From Candidatus Binataceae bacterium (lineage in GTDB: Bacteria > Desulfobacterota > Binatia > Binatales > Binataceae), in NCBI GenBank assembly GCA_035500095.1, contig DATJXN010000022.1:34561-98560 (forward strand): 64,000 bases of DNA. The letters are read 5' to 3'. The translations under genes were made by a program, and so were the position numbers. Shown here in pieces: positions 9,179 to 20,194 of this stretch. Position 1 is the first letter of the stretch; the number at the start of each line of letters is the position of its first letter. The notes under the pieces are model-generated. The model was given only the letters and a program-made list of their open reading frames with translations. It was not told the DNA's origin and did not search any database.

Positions 9179-9558
9179 TTCTTTCCCCCTCGACTACTAA
9201 AGACTGTGCTTCTCGGATCATGCCCCGGCACGATGCGTCGGGCCGTGGACGCGAAGCCCTGGTTGAACTGCGGGCTTGCGACTTGAATGTGGAGCCCTGG
9301 TACCGCAGGGACCGGCGCGGGCGAGCCGGCTCGATATTACTTAGGCTTCGAATACTTCTTCCCAACCGCCCTCGTCTCGCTAGCCGGCGGAGCACCGCTC
9401 TTGTCCCGCGGCGCGGTCCGTGCGATTAGCTAGACCGTGTAGCACTTAGCATTACCGCGCGAGCGAGACTAGATTAGCGAGGCCGCCGGCGCACAGCCCG
9501 GAATCGCTCCGCGTTGCGGAAATCGCTGGAGGCTGCCGCGAATCCTGGGGAGCGTGCG

Positions 9559-10737
9559 ATGACCGATTTGCTGCGAGACGTCCGCGTCGTCGAATTGAGC
9601 GATGGATGCTCCGCCGCTTTCTGCGGGCGGCTTTTCGCGCGGATGGGCGCCGACGTCATGCTGGTCGAGCGCCCGCGCACGGGTAGCGCGGTGCGATGGC
9701 TGCCGCCGTTCCTCGACGATCGCGCGGGCCTCGAACGCGGCGGGCTCTTCATGTTTACCGCTTCCGGCAAGCGCAGCCTCACGCTGGATGCGGAGCACCC
9801 CGACGGAACTGCAATCCTTGAGCGTCTGCTCGAACGCGCCGACGTGTTGATCGACGATCGCGGCCTCAGCGGCGCGGCGGACGAGGGTTCCGCCGGCCGC
9901 GCGAATCCGCGGCTCGTGCGCATTGTCTTTCGCCGCTTCGCCGCGGGCGGACCGTACGAGAAATGGCTTGCGACCGAGCTTCAGCTGGCCGCGCTCGGCG
10001 GATGGATGGCACAGCTCGGAGAGCCGCGGCGCACGCCGCTCATCAGCAACAGCCGCACGATGACCGCATTCGTACCGGGCGTGGTCGGCGCGATCGCGGC
10101 ACTGGCCGCGGTGCGCGGCGCGCGCGCAAGCGGGCGCGGCCGGCGCATCGATGTGGCCGCGCAGGAGGCGCTGCTCTTCACCACGCGCTTCAACGAAACT
10201 TTCCTCTCCTATACGGGCACCGAAATCAAACGCGCGGGCGATCGCTATCCGGCATGGGCCGCCTACCGCACGTTCAAAGCGGCCGACGGCGACGTCACCG
10301 CCGCGGCCGCCACCGACGCGCAAATCGAAGCGTTGATGAAAGTCGCGGGCGTCGACGATCCGCGCTTCAAGACCCGCAGGGACCGCGAGGCGCGCGTCGA
10401 TGAGTTCGGAGTCGAGATCTCCCGATGGACCGCTGCGCACACGCGCGAGGAGATTTTCCGGCAGTGCCAGGAAAATCGCATCCCGATGGGCAGGGTCAAC
10501 CGGATCGATGAGGTCGCTGCGATGGCGCAAGTAAAGACGCGCGGCTTCTTCGAAGAGATCGAACATCCCGTTGCCGGACGCCACCGCTTCCCTGGAGGAC
10601 CCGCCAAATGCGGCGGCGAATGGCCGGTTCCCCGCCGCGCGCCGCTGCTCGGCGAGCATACGGAACAAATTCTGACGGGCGAGCTTAAGCACGCGGCCGC
10701 AGAACTCGCCACGCTTGCCGAGATGGGGGTGATATGA
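9559..10737 (+). CDS. Family III (CaiB/BaiF) CoA-transferase, paralog lacking the catalytic-position Asp
   Basis: N-terminal motif VRVVELSDGCSAAFCGRLFARMGADVMLVERP. GGGGAG SD 7 nt before ATG 9559 (the ORF track begins at 9514). By eye alignment to the next gene, the usual Asp position reads MTAFVPG against VSDPFAG. Confidence 0.8.
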   Translation: MTDLLRDVRVVELSDGCSAAFCGRLFARMGADVMLVERPRTGSAVRWLPPFLDDRAGLERGGLFMFTASGKRSLTLDAEHPDGTAILERLLERADVLIDDRGLSGAADEGSAGRANPRLVRIVFRRFAAGGPYEKWLATELQLAALGGWMAQLGEPRRTPLISNSRTMTAFVPGVVGAIAALAAVRGARASGRGRRIDVAAQEALLFTTRFNETFLSYTGTEIKRAGDRYPAWAAYRTFKAADGDVTAAAATDAQIEALMKVAGVDDPRFKTRRDREARVDEFGVEISRWTAAHTREEIFRQCQENRIPMGRVNRIDEVAAMAQVKTRGFFEEIEHPVAGRHRFPGGPAKCGGEWPVPRRAPLLGEHTEQILTGELKHAAAELATLAEMGVI

Positions 10738-11969
10738 GCGCCGATCGCCTGCCGCTCGACGGAGTCCGCGTCGTCGATTTCACCGCTTATTGGGCCGGGC
10801 CGCTGCCGACCGCGATCATGGCCGACCTCGGCGCCGAAGTGATCAAGGTCGAATCGATCCAGCGGCCCGATCAGTTTCGAATCGTCGCGATCCCCGGCGA
10901 TCCCGCCGAGGTTTACGAGCTGTCGCCGCCATTCAACGCCACCAACCGCAACAAGCTCAGCCTGACGCTCGATCTGGCGCGGCCCGAGGGTGTACGGCTG
11001 TTCAAGGAACTCGTCAAGCGCGCCGACGCAGTGGTGCAGAACTACTCGCCGCGCGTGATGCCGCAGCTCGGGCTTTCCTACGAGACCTTGCGCGAGGTCA
11101 ATCCGGCGATCGTGATGACCTCCGTCTCGGGCTTCGGACAGGAGGGGCCGTGGCGCGACTACGTTTCGTTCGCCGCGATCGGCGAGGCGCTCTCGGGAAT
11201 CTCGGGACTGAGCGGATACACCGGCGAGGGTGCGCTGATTCACGGCGTGGGCGTTTCCGATCCGTTCGCCGGCTACCTCGCCGCCTTCTGCACGCTCGCC
11301 GCCGTGCATCACGCGCGCACAACCGGCGAGGGCCGGCACGTCGACGTCTCGCAGCTCGAGGCGAGCATGCAGTACATCGCCGACGCGCTGGTCGAATTCG
11401 AGTTCACCGGACGCCCGCGCGCACGCGCCACCAGCGACGACTCGGCCGCATCGCCGCATGGCGCGTTCCCCGCGCGCGGTGACGACGCGTGGGTCGCGAT
11501 CAGCGTCGCGACCGAAGAACAGTGGCGCGCGCTGCTCGCGGCGATGGGCGCACCCGGATGGGCCGCCGACGCGCGCTTCGCCACCCCGATGCTTCGCCGG
11601 CGCAATCGCGAGGCGCTCAACCCCCTCGTCGCCGAGTGGACCGCGCGCTTCGATCGCTACGAACTCGCGCGCGATCTGCAGGCGCGCGGCGTTCCAGCGG
11701 CCCCGGTGCTCGCGCCCTCGGACCTGCTCAAGGATCCCGGCCTTGCGGCGGCCGATTTCTTCCAGTTCGTCGACCATCCGGCCGCCGGCCGCCATCCGTA
11801 TCCTTCCTTTCCCGCGCTGATCGACGGAGAGCATCCGCCAATCAAACGGGTCGGCCCGATCCTCGGTGCAGACAATCATTACGTGCTGTCGAAAATCCTC
11901 GGCCTCGGCGACGCCGAGATCGCCGGCTTGGAAGCGGACAAGATCATCGGGACCCGACCGCTCTACTGA
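10734..11969 (+). CDS. Family III (CaiB/BaiF) CoA-transferase
   Basis: Motif [36 protein letters not shown]. Asp-containing active-site segment GVGVSDPFAGY. Start overlaps the upstream stop (ATGA, 10734-10737). Confidence 0.85.
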   Translation: MSADRLPLDGVRVVDFTAYWAGPLPTAIMADLGAEVIKVESIQRPDQFRIVAIPGDPAEVYELSPPFNATNRNKLSLTLDLARPEGVRLFKELVKRADAVVQNYSPRVMPQLGLSYETLREVNPAIVMTSVSGFGQEGPWRDYVSFAAIGEALSGISGLSGYTGEGALIHGVGVSDPFAGYLAAFCTLAAVHHARTTGEGRHVDVSQLEASMQYIADALVEFEFTGRPRARATSDDSAASPHGAFPARGDDAWVAISVATEEQWRALLAAMGAPGWAADARFATPMLRRRNREALNPLVAEWTARFDRYELARDLQARGVPAAPVLAPSDLLKDPGLAAADFFQFVDHPAAGRHPYPSFPALIDGEHPPIKRVGPILGADNHYVLSKILGLGDAEIAGLEADKIIGTRPLY

Positions 11970-12015
11970 GCAGGCGGGCCGAGGGTGGCGCGCTGGCGCG
12001 GATCGCAGCGGCGCT

Positions 12016-12738
12016 TTAGCTGCGGTCGAGCAGCAGGTCCAGCCTGAGCGCGCGGCCGCCGCTGCTGACCGCATTGACCGTCGCCTTGACGCCCATCGCC
12101 GCGGCCGGATTCTTCTCCGCGATCGCGCGCGCCATCTCGCGCACGGCCGGGTACAGTTCTTCCTTCTTCACCACCCGGTTGACCAGTCCCATCGGCAGCA
12201 GTTCTTCGGCGATGTAGCGGCGGCAGGTGATGATGACCTCCTTGGCGATCGCGGGACCGCTTTGCGCGGCGAGCAGCGCCGTGGCCTCGGGACTCAGCGA
12301 TACGCCGAGGTCAACTTCGGGAAACCAGAATTGCGCGCCGGCGGCCGCGATCCGGAGGTCGCAGGCGAGCGCGATGCCCCATCCGCCGCCGATCGCGTAG
12401 CCGTTGACCGCGGCGATCGTCACCACTTCGAGATTGGCGAGCAGGCCGAGCGCGCGACCGATAAGACGTGTGCGTCTTTTGGAGAGCCCGGCGAACAGGC
12501 GTTGGCGCTCCGCGGGGTCGGTGACTTCCTTGAGCGTCGAAAGATCGGCACCGGCGGAGAAGGCGTTGCCGCTGCCGGTGACGATCAGCACGCGGATATC
12601 GCGATCGTCGCGCACCTGATGCAACAGCGCCTCGAATTCCAGTATGACCTCTTCGTTCAGCGGATTGCGTTTCTCGGGACGGTTGAAAGTCAGTGTCGCA
12701 ATCCGGCCGTCTTTTTCGAGCAGGAAACTTCCCGCCAT
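12016..12738 (-). CDS. Enoyl-CoA hydratase/isomerase (crotonase family)
   Basis: 240-aa ORF with GSGNAFSAGADL, GGGWGIALACDLRIAA and FWFPEVDLGV crotonase oxyanion-hole and catalytic segments. Confidence 0.85.
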   Translation of the reverse strand: MAGSFLLEKDGRIATLTFNRPEKRNPLNEEVILEFEALLHQVRDDRDIRVLIVTGSGNAFSAGADLSTLKEVTDPAERQRLFAGLSKRRTRLIGRALGLLANLEVVTIAAVNGYAIGGGWGIALACDLRIAAAGAQFWFPEVDLGVSLSPEATALLAAQSGPAIAKEVIITCRRYIAEELLPMGLVNRVVKKEELYPAVREMARAIAEKNPAAAMGVKATVNAVSSGGRALRLDLLLDRS

Positions 12739-12830
12739 GGCGCTTTCGCTCCTTTCGCCGCGAGTCTCGTCTTCGATGCCGAGCCTGCCCTAAACCGATC
12801 AAACTTGACAACCCGAACGCGCTTGTCTTA

Positions 12831-12864
12831 GTCCTAACCGCAAAGCTTCCGGTCCTAACCGCAA
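12831..12864. promoter_or_regulatory. Two 13-bp direct repeats (GTCCTAACCGCAA) with 21-bp periodicity in a divergent promoter region
   Basis: Exact copies at 12831-12843 and 12852-12864, between the crotonase (-) and CoA-transferase (+) starts. TTGACA at 12805-12810 lies just upstream. Confidence 0.35.
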
Positions 12865-12920
12865 GCGTCCGTGTGCGCGCATCAGGCCGCGCGCTCGACC
12901 CAGGTTCCCCGGACAACTGC

Positions 12921-14141
12921 ATGACGCGCCCGACACACGTTCTCGACGGCTACAAGGTCCTCGACTTCACCCAGTTCATCGCCGGACCTACGGTCACCAG
13001 GATGATGGCGCAGATGGGCGCCGAAGTGATCAAGGTCGAGATCGCGCCCGCGGGTGACCGCACCCGCACGCTGCCGCTGGTGCGCGACGGGCGGAGCGGC
13101 TACTTCGTCCAGCAGAATATCGGCAAGCGGAGCCTATGCCTCGACGTCAGGAATCCGGCCGCACTCGCGATTTTGCGGGAACTGGCCGCGAAGGTCGACG
13201 TGGTGGTGGAGAATTTCGCGCCGGGCGTGATCGGGCGGATGGGTTTCGACTACGAAACCGTGCGTGCGCTCAATCCGCGGATCGTGATGTGCTCGGTTTC
13301 GACCTTCGGCCAGCAGGGCCCGCTCGCGCATCTGCCGGGCTACGACTTCATCGCCCAGGCCTATTCGGGAATCACGTACATGATCGGCGACGCCGACGGT
13401 CCGCCCTTCTTTCCGGCCGCCGCGCTCGGCGACATCAGCACCGGCGTGCACGCCGCGCTGGCCGTGGTGGCTGCGCTGCTCCATCGCGAACGCACCGGCG
13501 AGGGCCAGTTTCTCGACGTCGCGCTGCTCGACGCGTACTTTCACTGCCATCACACGGCAATCGAGATGTACAGCTTGAGCGGCGGCGCGATTAAGCCTGA
13601 GCGCAGCGGCCATCATATCTCCTACGCGGCGCCGTGCGGGATGTTTAAAGGGCGCGAGCGCTACATCTTCATCATCGCCGGCATCGACCACCAGTTCGCG
13701 CAGCTGTGCAGCGCGATGGCGGAGCCCGGGCTCGCGAGCGACGATCGCTTCAGGTCCAACGCCGACCGGCTAAAAAATCTTCCGGAACTGATTCGAATCA
13801 TCGAGGGCTGGCTCGCCGCGATGCCGAGCGACGAAGCGGCCATCGCGCGCCTGGCCGAGTTTCGCGTGCCGGCCGCGCCCGTGCTCTCGCCGGTCGAGGC
13901 GCTCAGGCTGCCGCATCTGCGCGAGCGCGGCACCGTGGCGACCGTGAACGATCCGATCCTGGGAAGTTTCGATCTGCCCGGTTTTCCGCTTCACTTCTCG
14001 AGCTTTCCCGAGCCGGCCGGCGAGGGCGCACCGATGCTCGGGCAGCATAACGAGGAGATCCTCGCCGGCCACCTCGGCTACTCGCACGAGCGCGTCGAGG
14101 AACTCGAACGGGCGGGTATCCTGCATCGCGAGCAGCGCTGA
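12921..14141 (+). CDS. Family III (CaiB/BaiF) CoA-transferase
   Basis: ATG 12921 gives [40 protein letters not shown]. Asp-containing segment AAALGDISTGV. The part of the track ORF upstream of 12921 has no homology. Confidence 0.85.
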   Translation: MTRPTHVLDGYKVLDFTQFIAGPTVTRMMAQMGAEVIKVEIAPAGDRTRTLPLVRDGRSGYFVQQNIGKRSLCLDVRNPAALAILRELAAKVDVVVENFAPGVIGRMGFDYETVRALNPRIVMCSVSTFGQQGPLAHLPGYDFIAQAYSGITYMIGDADGPPFFPAAALGDISTGVHAALAVVAALLHRERTGEGQFLDVALLDAYFHCHHTAIEMYSLSGGAIKPERSGHHISYAAPCGMFKGRERYIFIIAGIDHQFAQLCSAMAEPGLASDDRFRSNADRLKNLPELIRIIEGWLAAMPSDEAAIARLAEFRVPAAPVLSPVEALRLPHLRERGTVATVNDPILGSFDLPGFPLHFSSFPEPAGEGAPMLGQHNEEILAGHLGYSHERVEELERAGILHREQR

Positions 14142-14146
14142 CGACG

Positions 14147-15424
14147 CTACGATCGCATCACTTCGCGGTAGTGCCGCCAGATTCCGCGCTGCGTGGTCTC
14201 GTCGGTCTCATGGCCGGCGATCGTGCCCGTGGGCTCGTACTGCTCGCGATGAAGTCCGCGGCGCAGCACCAGCCATTCATTGGTCCGCGCGCGGAAGCCC
14301 TCCTGGTTGCGTTCGTAGGCCTCGAAGTCGTCGGGCGCAACGCGCCCCGCCGGACCGTGAATCAGGTAGGTTTCGGCGAGGCGTCGATGGTTCATCTCGT
14401 CGGGCGCTCCCTTGAGCATCGTCGGATAGTAATAAACGACCGTCTCGTCGACGCTCACCGGCTGGATCACGCGGAACTGATTCAGGATGAAGATGATATT
14501 CGGAAATATGCAGAAGTGCGGCCCGCCGGTCTGGATTATCCCGCGCGCGCGGTCCGCTCCGTAGCGCCGTTCCATCGCGCCCAGGTACTGCTCCCAAGCC
14601 GCGGCGCTCCATCCGTGCGGCACCACGCGCCCGCCGCGCTCGCGATTGACCGCGGTTAAATCGAGTTGCGCGCTGCCGCTGCCGAGATCGCGCGCGAGCG
14701 CGTCCGTATGTTCGCCGAAGACCGACTCCATGTCGACCTTGCGTCCCTTGGTGATCAGCATCATCGCCGCATGGTGCAGGATGTTCGGATGGTAGCCGTC
14801 GACCGAGTTCTCGAGCGCCATCTTCCAGTTGCCCTTGAAGGAATGTTTGAGTACTCCCGAACGCAGCACCACCTCGCCTTCGGGCGACAGATCCACGAAG
14901 CGGTCGACAAGCTCAGCGGCCCTGCCCAGCCGCTCCTTAAGGCCTGGCCCTGAGGCGCTCATGCTGCCGAAGATGAGTCCGCGATAGGCCGCCATCCGCG
15001 GCACTCGCGCGAGCGGATAGTCCGCGCGGGAAAACGAGGCGCCGTAGCCCGCCGCGTACGGGACTCCGACCAGCGCGCCGCGATTGTTGTAAGTCCATCC
15101 GTGATAGGCGCAGCGGAAAGCGTGCGCGTTGCCGCGCTCGCTCTGGCATACGGTGTTGCCGCGATGCATGCAGCGGTTGAGCAGCAGATGGACCGCGCCG
15201 TCCTCATCGCGCGAGACGATAACCGGTTGCAGGCCGATCCGGCGCGTTACATAGTCGCCAGGCTCGGGAATTTCACTTTCATGCGCGACGTATATCCAGT
15301 CGCGATACCATATTTTCGCAAGCTCTTCCTCGAACACCGCGGGATCGTAGTAAAGGCGTCCGCTTACGCGATCGTCCTGGACCAGTTGCTCGTAGTCGGC
15401 TTGCGTCGAAGGCATCTCGGGCAC
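14147..15424 (-). CDS. Rieske-type aromatic ring-hydroxylating oxygenase, alpha subunit
   Basis: Rieske motif CMHRGNTVC...CAYHGWTY. Mononuclear iron motif ENSVDGYHPNILHH. 425 aa. Confidence 0.9.
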   Translation of the reverse strand: MPEMPSTQADYEQLVQDDRVSGRLYYDPAVFEEELAKIWYRDWIYVAHESEIPEPGDYVTRRIGLQPVIVSRDEDGAVHLLLNRCMHRGNTVCQSERGNAHAFRCAYHGWTYNNRGALVGVPYAAGYGASFSRADYPLARVPRMAAYRGLIFGSMSASGPGLKERLGRAAELVDRFVDLSPEGEVVLRSGVLKHSFKGNWKMALENSVDGYHPNILHHAAMMLITKGRKVDMESVFGEHTDALARDLGSGSAQLDLTAVNRERGGRVVPHGWSAAAWEQYLGAMERRYGADRARGIIQTGGPHFCIFPNIIFILNQFRVIQPVSVDETVVYYYPTMLKGAPDEMNHRRLAETYLIHGPAGRVAPDDFEAYERNQEGFRARTNEWLVLRRGLHREQYEPTGTIAGHETDETTQRGIWRHYREVMRS

Positions 15425-15466
15425 CTTGCTCAGTTCCGCGGGTACGCTTTTCGATCAATCCGCGGG

Positions 15467-15706
15467 TTACGGTTTTCGATCGCTCTCCAGCCGTGCGGGA
15501 TCGAGAAACGGCGTCAGGTCCTCATGGCGCGCGCAGGCGAGCGCGGCAAGCTCGAGCGGATCGAGGAAGACCGAGCGCCCGCTCTGCGTATCGCGAATCA
15601 TCAGCCGCGGCCCGTTGCCGCGATCGTCGCGTGCGATTTCGACCGCGGCGAATTCGCTGGCGAGGCGCAGCGGCAGGCCGTGGTTCGCATCTTTGCCGGC
15701 GGCCAT
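15467..15706 (-). CDS. Small conserved hypothetical protein embedded between the oxygenase beta and alpha genes
   Basis: 79-aa ORF. The pattern SEFAAVEIARDDRGNGPRLMIRDTQSGRSVFLDPLELAAL resembles, from memory, small actinobacterial proteins often mis-annotated as dihydrodiol dehydrogenase. It sits 2 nt after the beta gene stop (15709-15711). Confidence 0.5.
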   Translation of the reverse strand: MAAGKDANHGLPLRLASEFAAVEIARDDRGNGPRLMIRDTQSGRSVFLDPLELAALACARHEDLTPFLDPARLESDRKP

Positions 15707-15708
15707 GG

Positions 15709-16185
15709 CTAAATTAGAAACATCAGGTTGGGCATCGGTTCATCGTTGTTGATCAGCACGACCTTCTTGGAGCGGATCCTGAAGCCGCCGGCGGCGGGGA
15801 CCAGCTTGTGAATCGAGGTTCCCGCCCACAGATACTGCTGATGGCGATGCAGTTGGGCAAGGATAAAGTTGGAACTGGCGGTCACCTCTGCGGGAGTCTC
15901 GTCCTCGATCTCGACGTTCGAGACCACCCGAGTGAGCCGCGGCGCCTGTTCGCGCAGCCACAGGGTTTCGCGCAGGCGCGCGATCCGGTTACGCAACTGC
16001 GTGCGCGTATCGTAAATGATCGAGACGTTGGTGAGCGGATCGAGGTCTTCGCCGTTGCAAGGGACCCAGTAATTGACCTGGCCGTCTTCGGCCCACAGCG
16101 CAAGCCAGTCGTCGTACCGATGGTTATCCATCAGGCGCGCTTCGTGGTAGAGAAACCGTTCGATCGCGCTGCGCTCAACGCTCAT
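15709..16185 (-). CDS. Aromatic ring-hydroxylating oxygenase, beta subunit (NTF2/SnoaL-like)
   Basis: 158-aa ORF. N-terminus IERFLYHEARLMDNHRYDDWLALWAEDG is typical of the beta subunit. Confidence 0.85.
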   Translation of the reverse strand: MSVERSAIERFLYHEARLMDNHRYDDWLALWAEDGQVNYWVPCNGEDLDPLTNVSIIYDTRTQLRNRIARLRETLWLREQAPRLTRVVSNVEIEDETPAEVTASSNFILAQLHRHQQYLWAGTSIHKLVPAAGGFRIRSKKVVLINNDEPMPNLMFLI

Positions 16186-16429
16186 CGTTTCAAGGCGCTC
16201 TCCGTTGGCAAAAGCCTTCCGCCGCCGCCAGCGTCACAGAATTGTGCGTAAGCTCCGCGGGCGATAAAAGTCAAGCTTGGCTCGGCGCGGCGGCGGAATC
16301 CGCCGTCAAATGTGTTGATCCGCGTGCTGCGCGGAGCTTGAAACGGCGCGCAACTATGCTCAAATCATCTCACGCGCGCACGTGCGCGGAGGCCGGAAGG
16401 CCGGCCGCCAGTTTTTACGGAGCCCGTCC

Positions 16430-17338
16430 GTGAACGCAACTTTGTACCTGCTCGAAAAGGTCGCCCAGGCGACGGTCGGTATCCATTCGGTGATTCCGGC
16501 CTCGCATCCCTCGGCCAGCATCGGCCTTGGCACCGATCGTAACGGCACCGGCGCCCTGGTCAGTGCCGACGGGCTGATTATCACCGTCAACTACATGCTG
16601 ATGGGCGCGCAGAGCGTGTCGGTGACGCTCAACAACGGGCAGGAGGTTCCGGCGACGATCGCGGCGCAGGATTTCACCACCAACATCGCGTTGCTCAAGA
16701 TCGACGGTCGCGGCCTGCCCTTCCTCCAGGCCATCTCGTCGCTGACCTGCTCGGCCGGACAGGAAGTGATGATGGTGTCGAGTCTCGGTGGCGAGAAGCG
16801 CTGCGCCGACGTCGGGCACATCACCTACCTCGGGCCGTTCGACGCGGCCTGGGAATTCGTGCTCGAGCGCTGCGTGTGCGTGACCGCCTCGGCCCTCAAC
16901 ATCGGGCTGAACGGCGGCCCGATCTGCAATTCGCGCGGACAGATTATCGGCATCTCTTATCTCAACTTCGCCGATCTGAGCCGCGCGATCCTGGCGATCC
17001 CCGGCGAATGCTTCATCCTGGGGCGCGACGAGCTGGTGCGCCACGGACGGCGCGTCAGCGTGCCTTCGCGATTGTGGCTGGGAATAATGTCGTACACGCT
17101 GCGCGAGCACGTGGTGATCGCGAGCGTGATGCCGGGGAGCCCGGGCGAAAAGGCCGGGCTCAAGCAGGGCGACGTGGTGCTGGCCGCCGATGAGCGCGAG
17201 ATCCACGACCGCCGCGCGCTCTACGACACCATCAACAGCCATCACGCTGGGGAGATCGTCAAGCTGAAAATCCTGCGCGACAACCGGGTGCGCCAGATCC
17301 CCGTCACCGCGGTTCGCGTCGAAGACTACCTCGGCTGA
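16430..17338 (+). CDS. HtrA/DegP-like trypsin-fold plus PDZ protein with all three catalytic residues substituted (predicted pseudoprotease)
   Basis: S1C-like core plus a C-terminal PDZ (VIASVMPGSPGEKAGLKQGDVVLAADEREI). His position ITVNYML (H->Y), Asp position FTTNIALLKI (D->N), Ser position GLNGGPICN instead of GNSGGP (S->N). No signal peptide. GTG 16430 chosen as start (the track ORF begins at 16382). Confidence 0.7.
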   Translation: MNATLYLLEKVAQATVGIHSVIPASHPSASIGLGTDRNGTGALVSADGLIITVNYMLMGAQSVSVTLNNGQEVPATIAAQDFTTNIALLKIDGRGLPFLQAISSLTCSAGQEVMMVSSLGGEKRCADVGHITYLGPFDAAWEFVLERCVCVTASALNIGLNGGPICNSRGQIIGISYLNFADLSRAILAIPGECFILGRDELVRHGRRVSVPSRLWLGIMSYTLREHVVIASVMPGSPGEKAGLKQGDVVLAADEREIHDRRALYDTINSHHAGEIVKLKILRDNRVRQIPVTAVRVEDYLG

Positions 17339-17366
17339 CGCCGGCCGCGCGGCGCCGGCGCCATGA

Positions 17367-20102
<2,736 letters not shown>

Positions 20103-20194
20103 CGTCGGAAATGATTCTCCTCTCCCGCTCGCGCGGGGACTTCAGGACACAAGCTTGACCGCCGGCCGGCGGCGCCGCACGGGCGCGGCCTGAC

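Noticed and set aside
6302-9286. 994-aa ORF on the plus strand, antisense to the G8 gene. There are many similar long shadow ORFs, e.g. 10263-12074, 17484-18902, 20312-21679, 25932-27047, 27314-28585, 33663-34511, 35359-36246, 39764-40834, 52325-53431, 54590-55753 and 56279-57436.
   Set aside because: They are Arg/Ala/Gly-rich with low complexity and no recognisable motifs. Each lies opposite a gene with clear family signatures. Long stop-free antisense frames are expected at this GC content.
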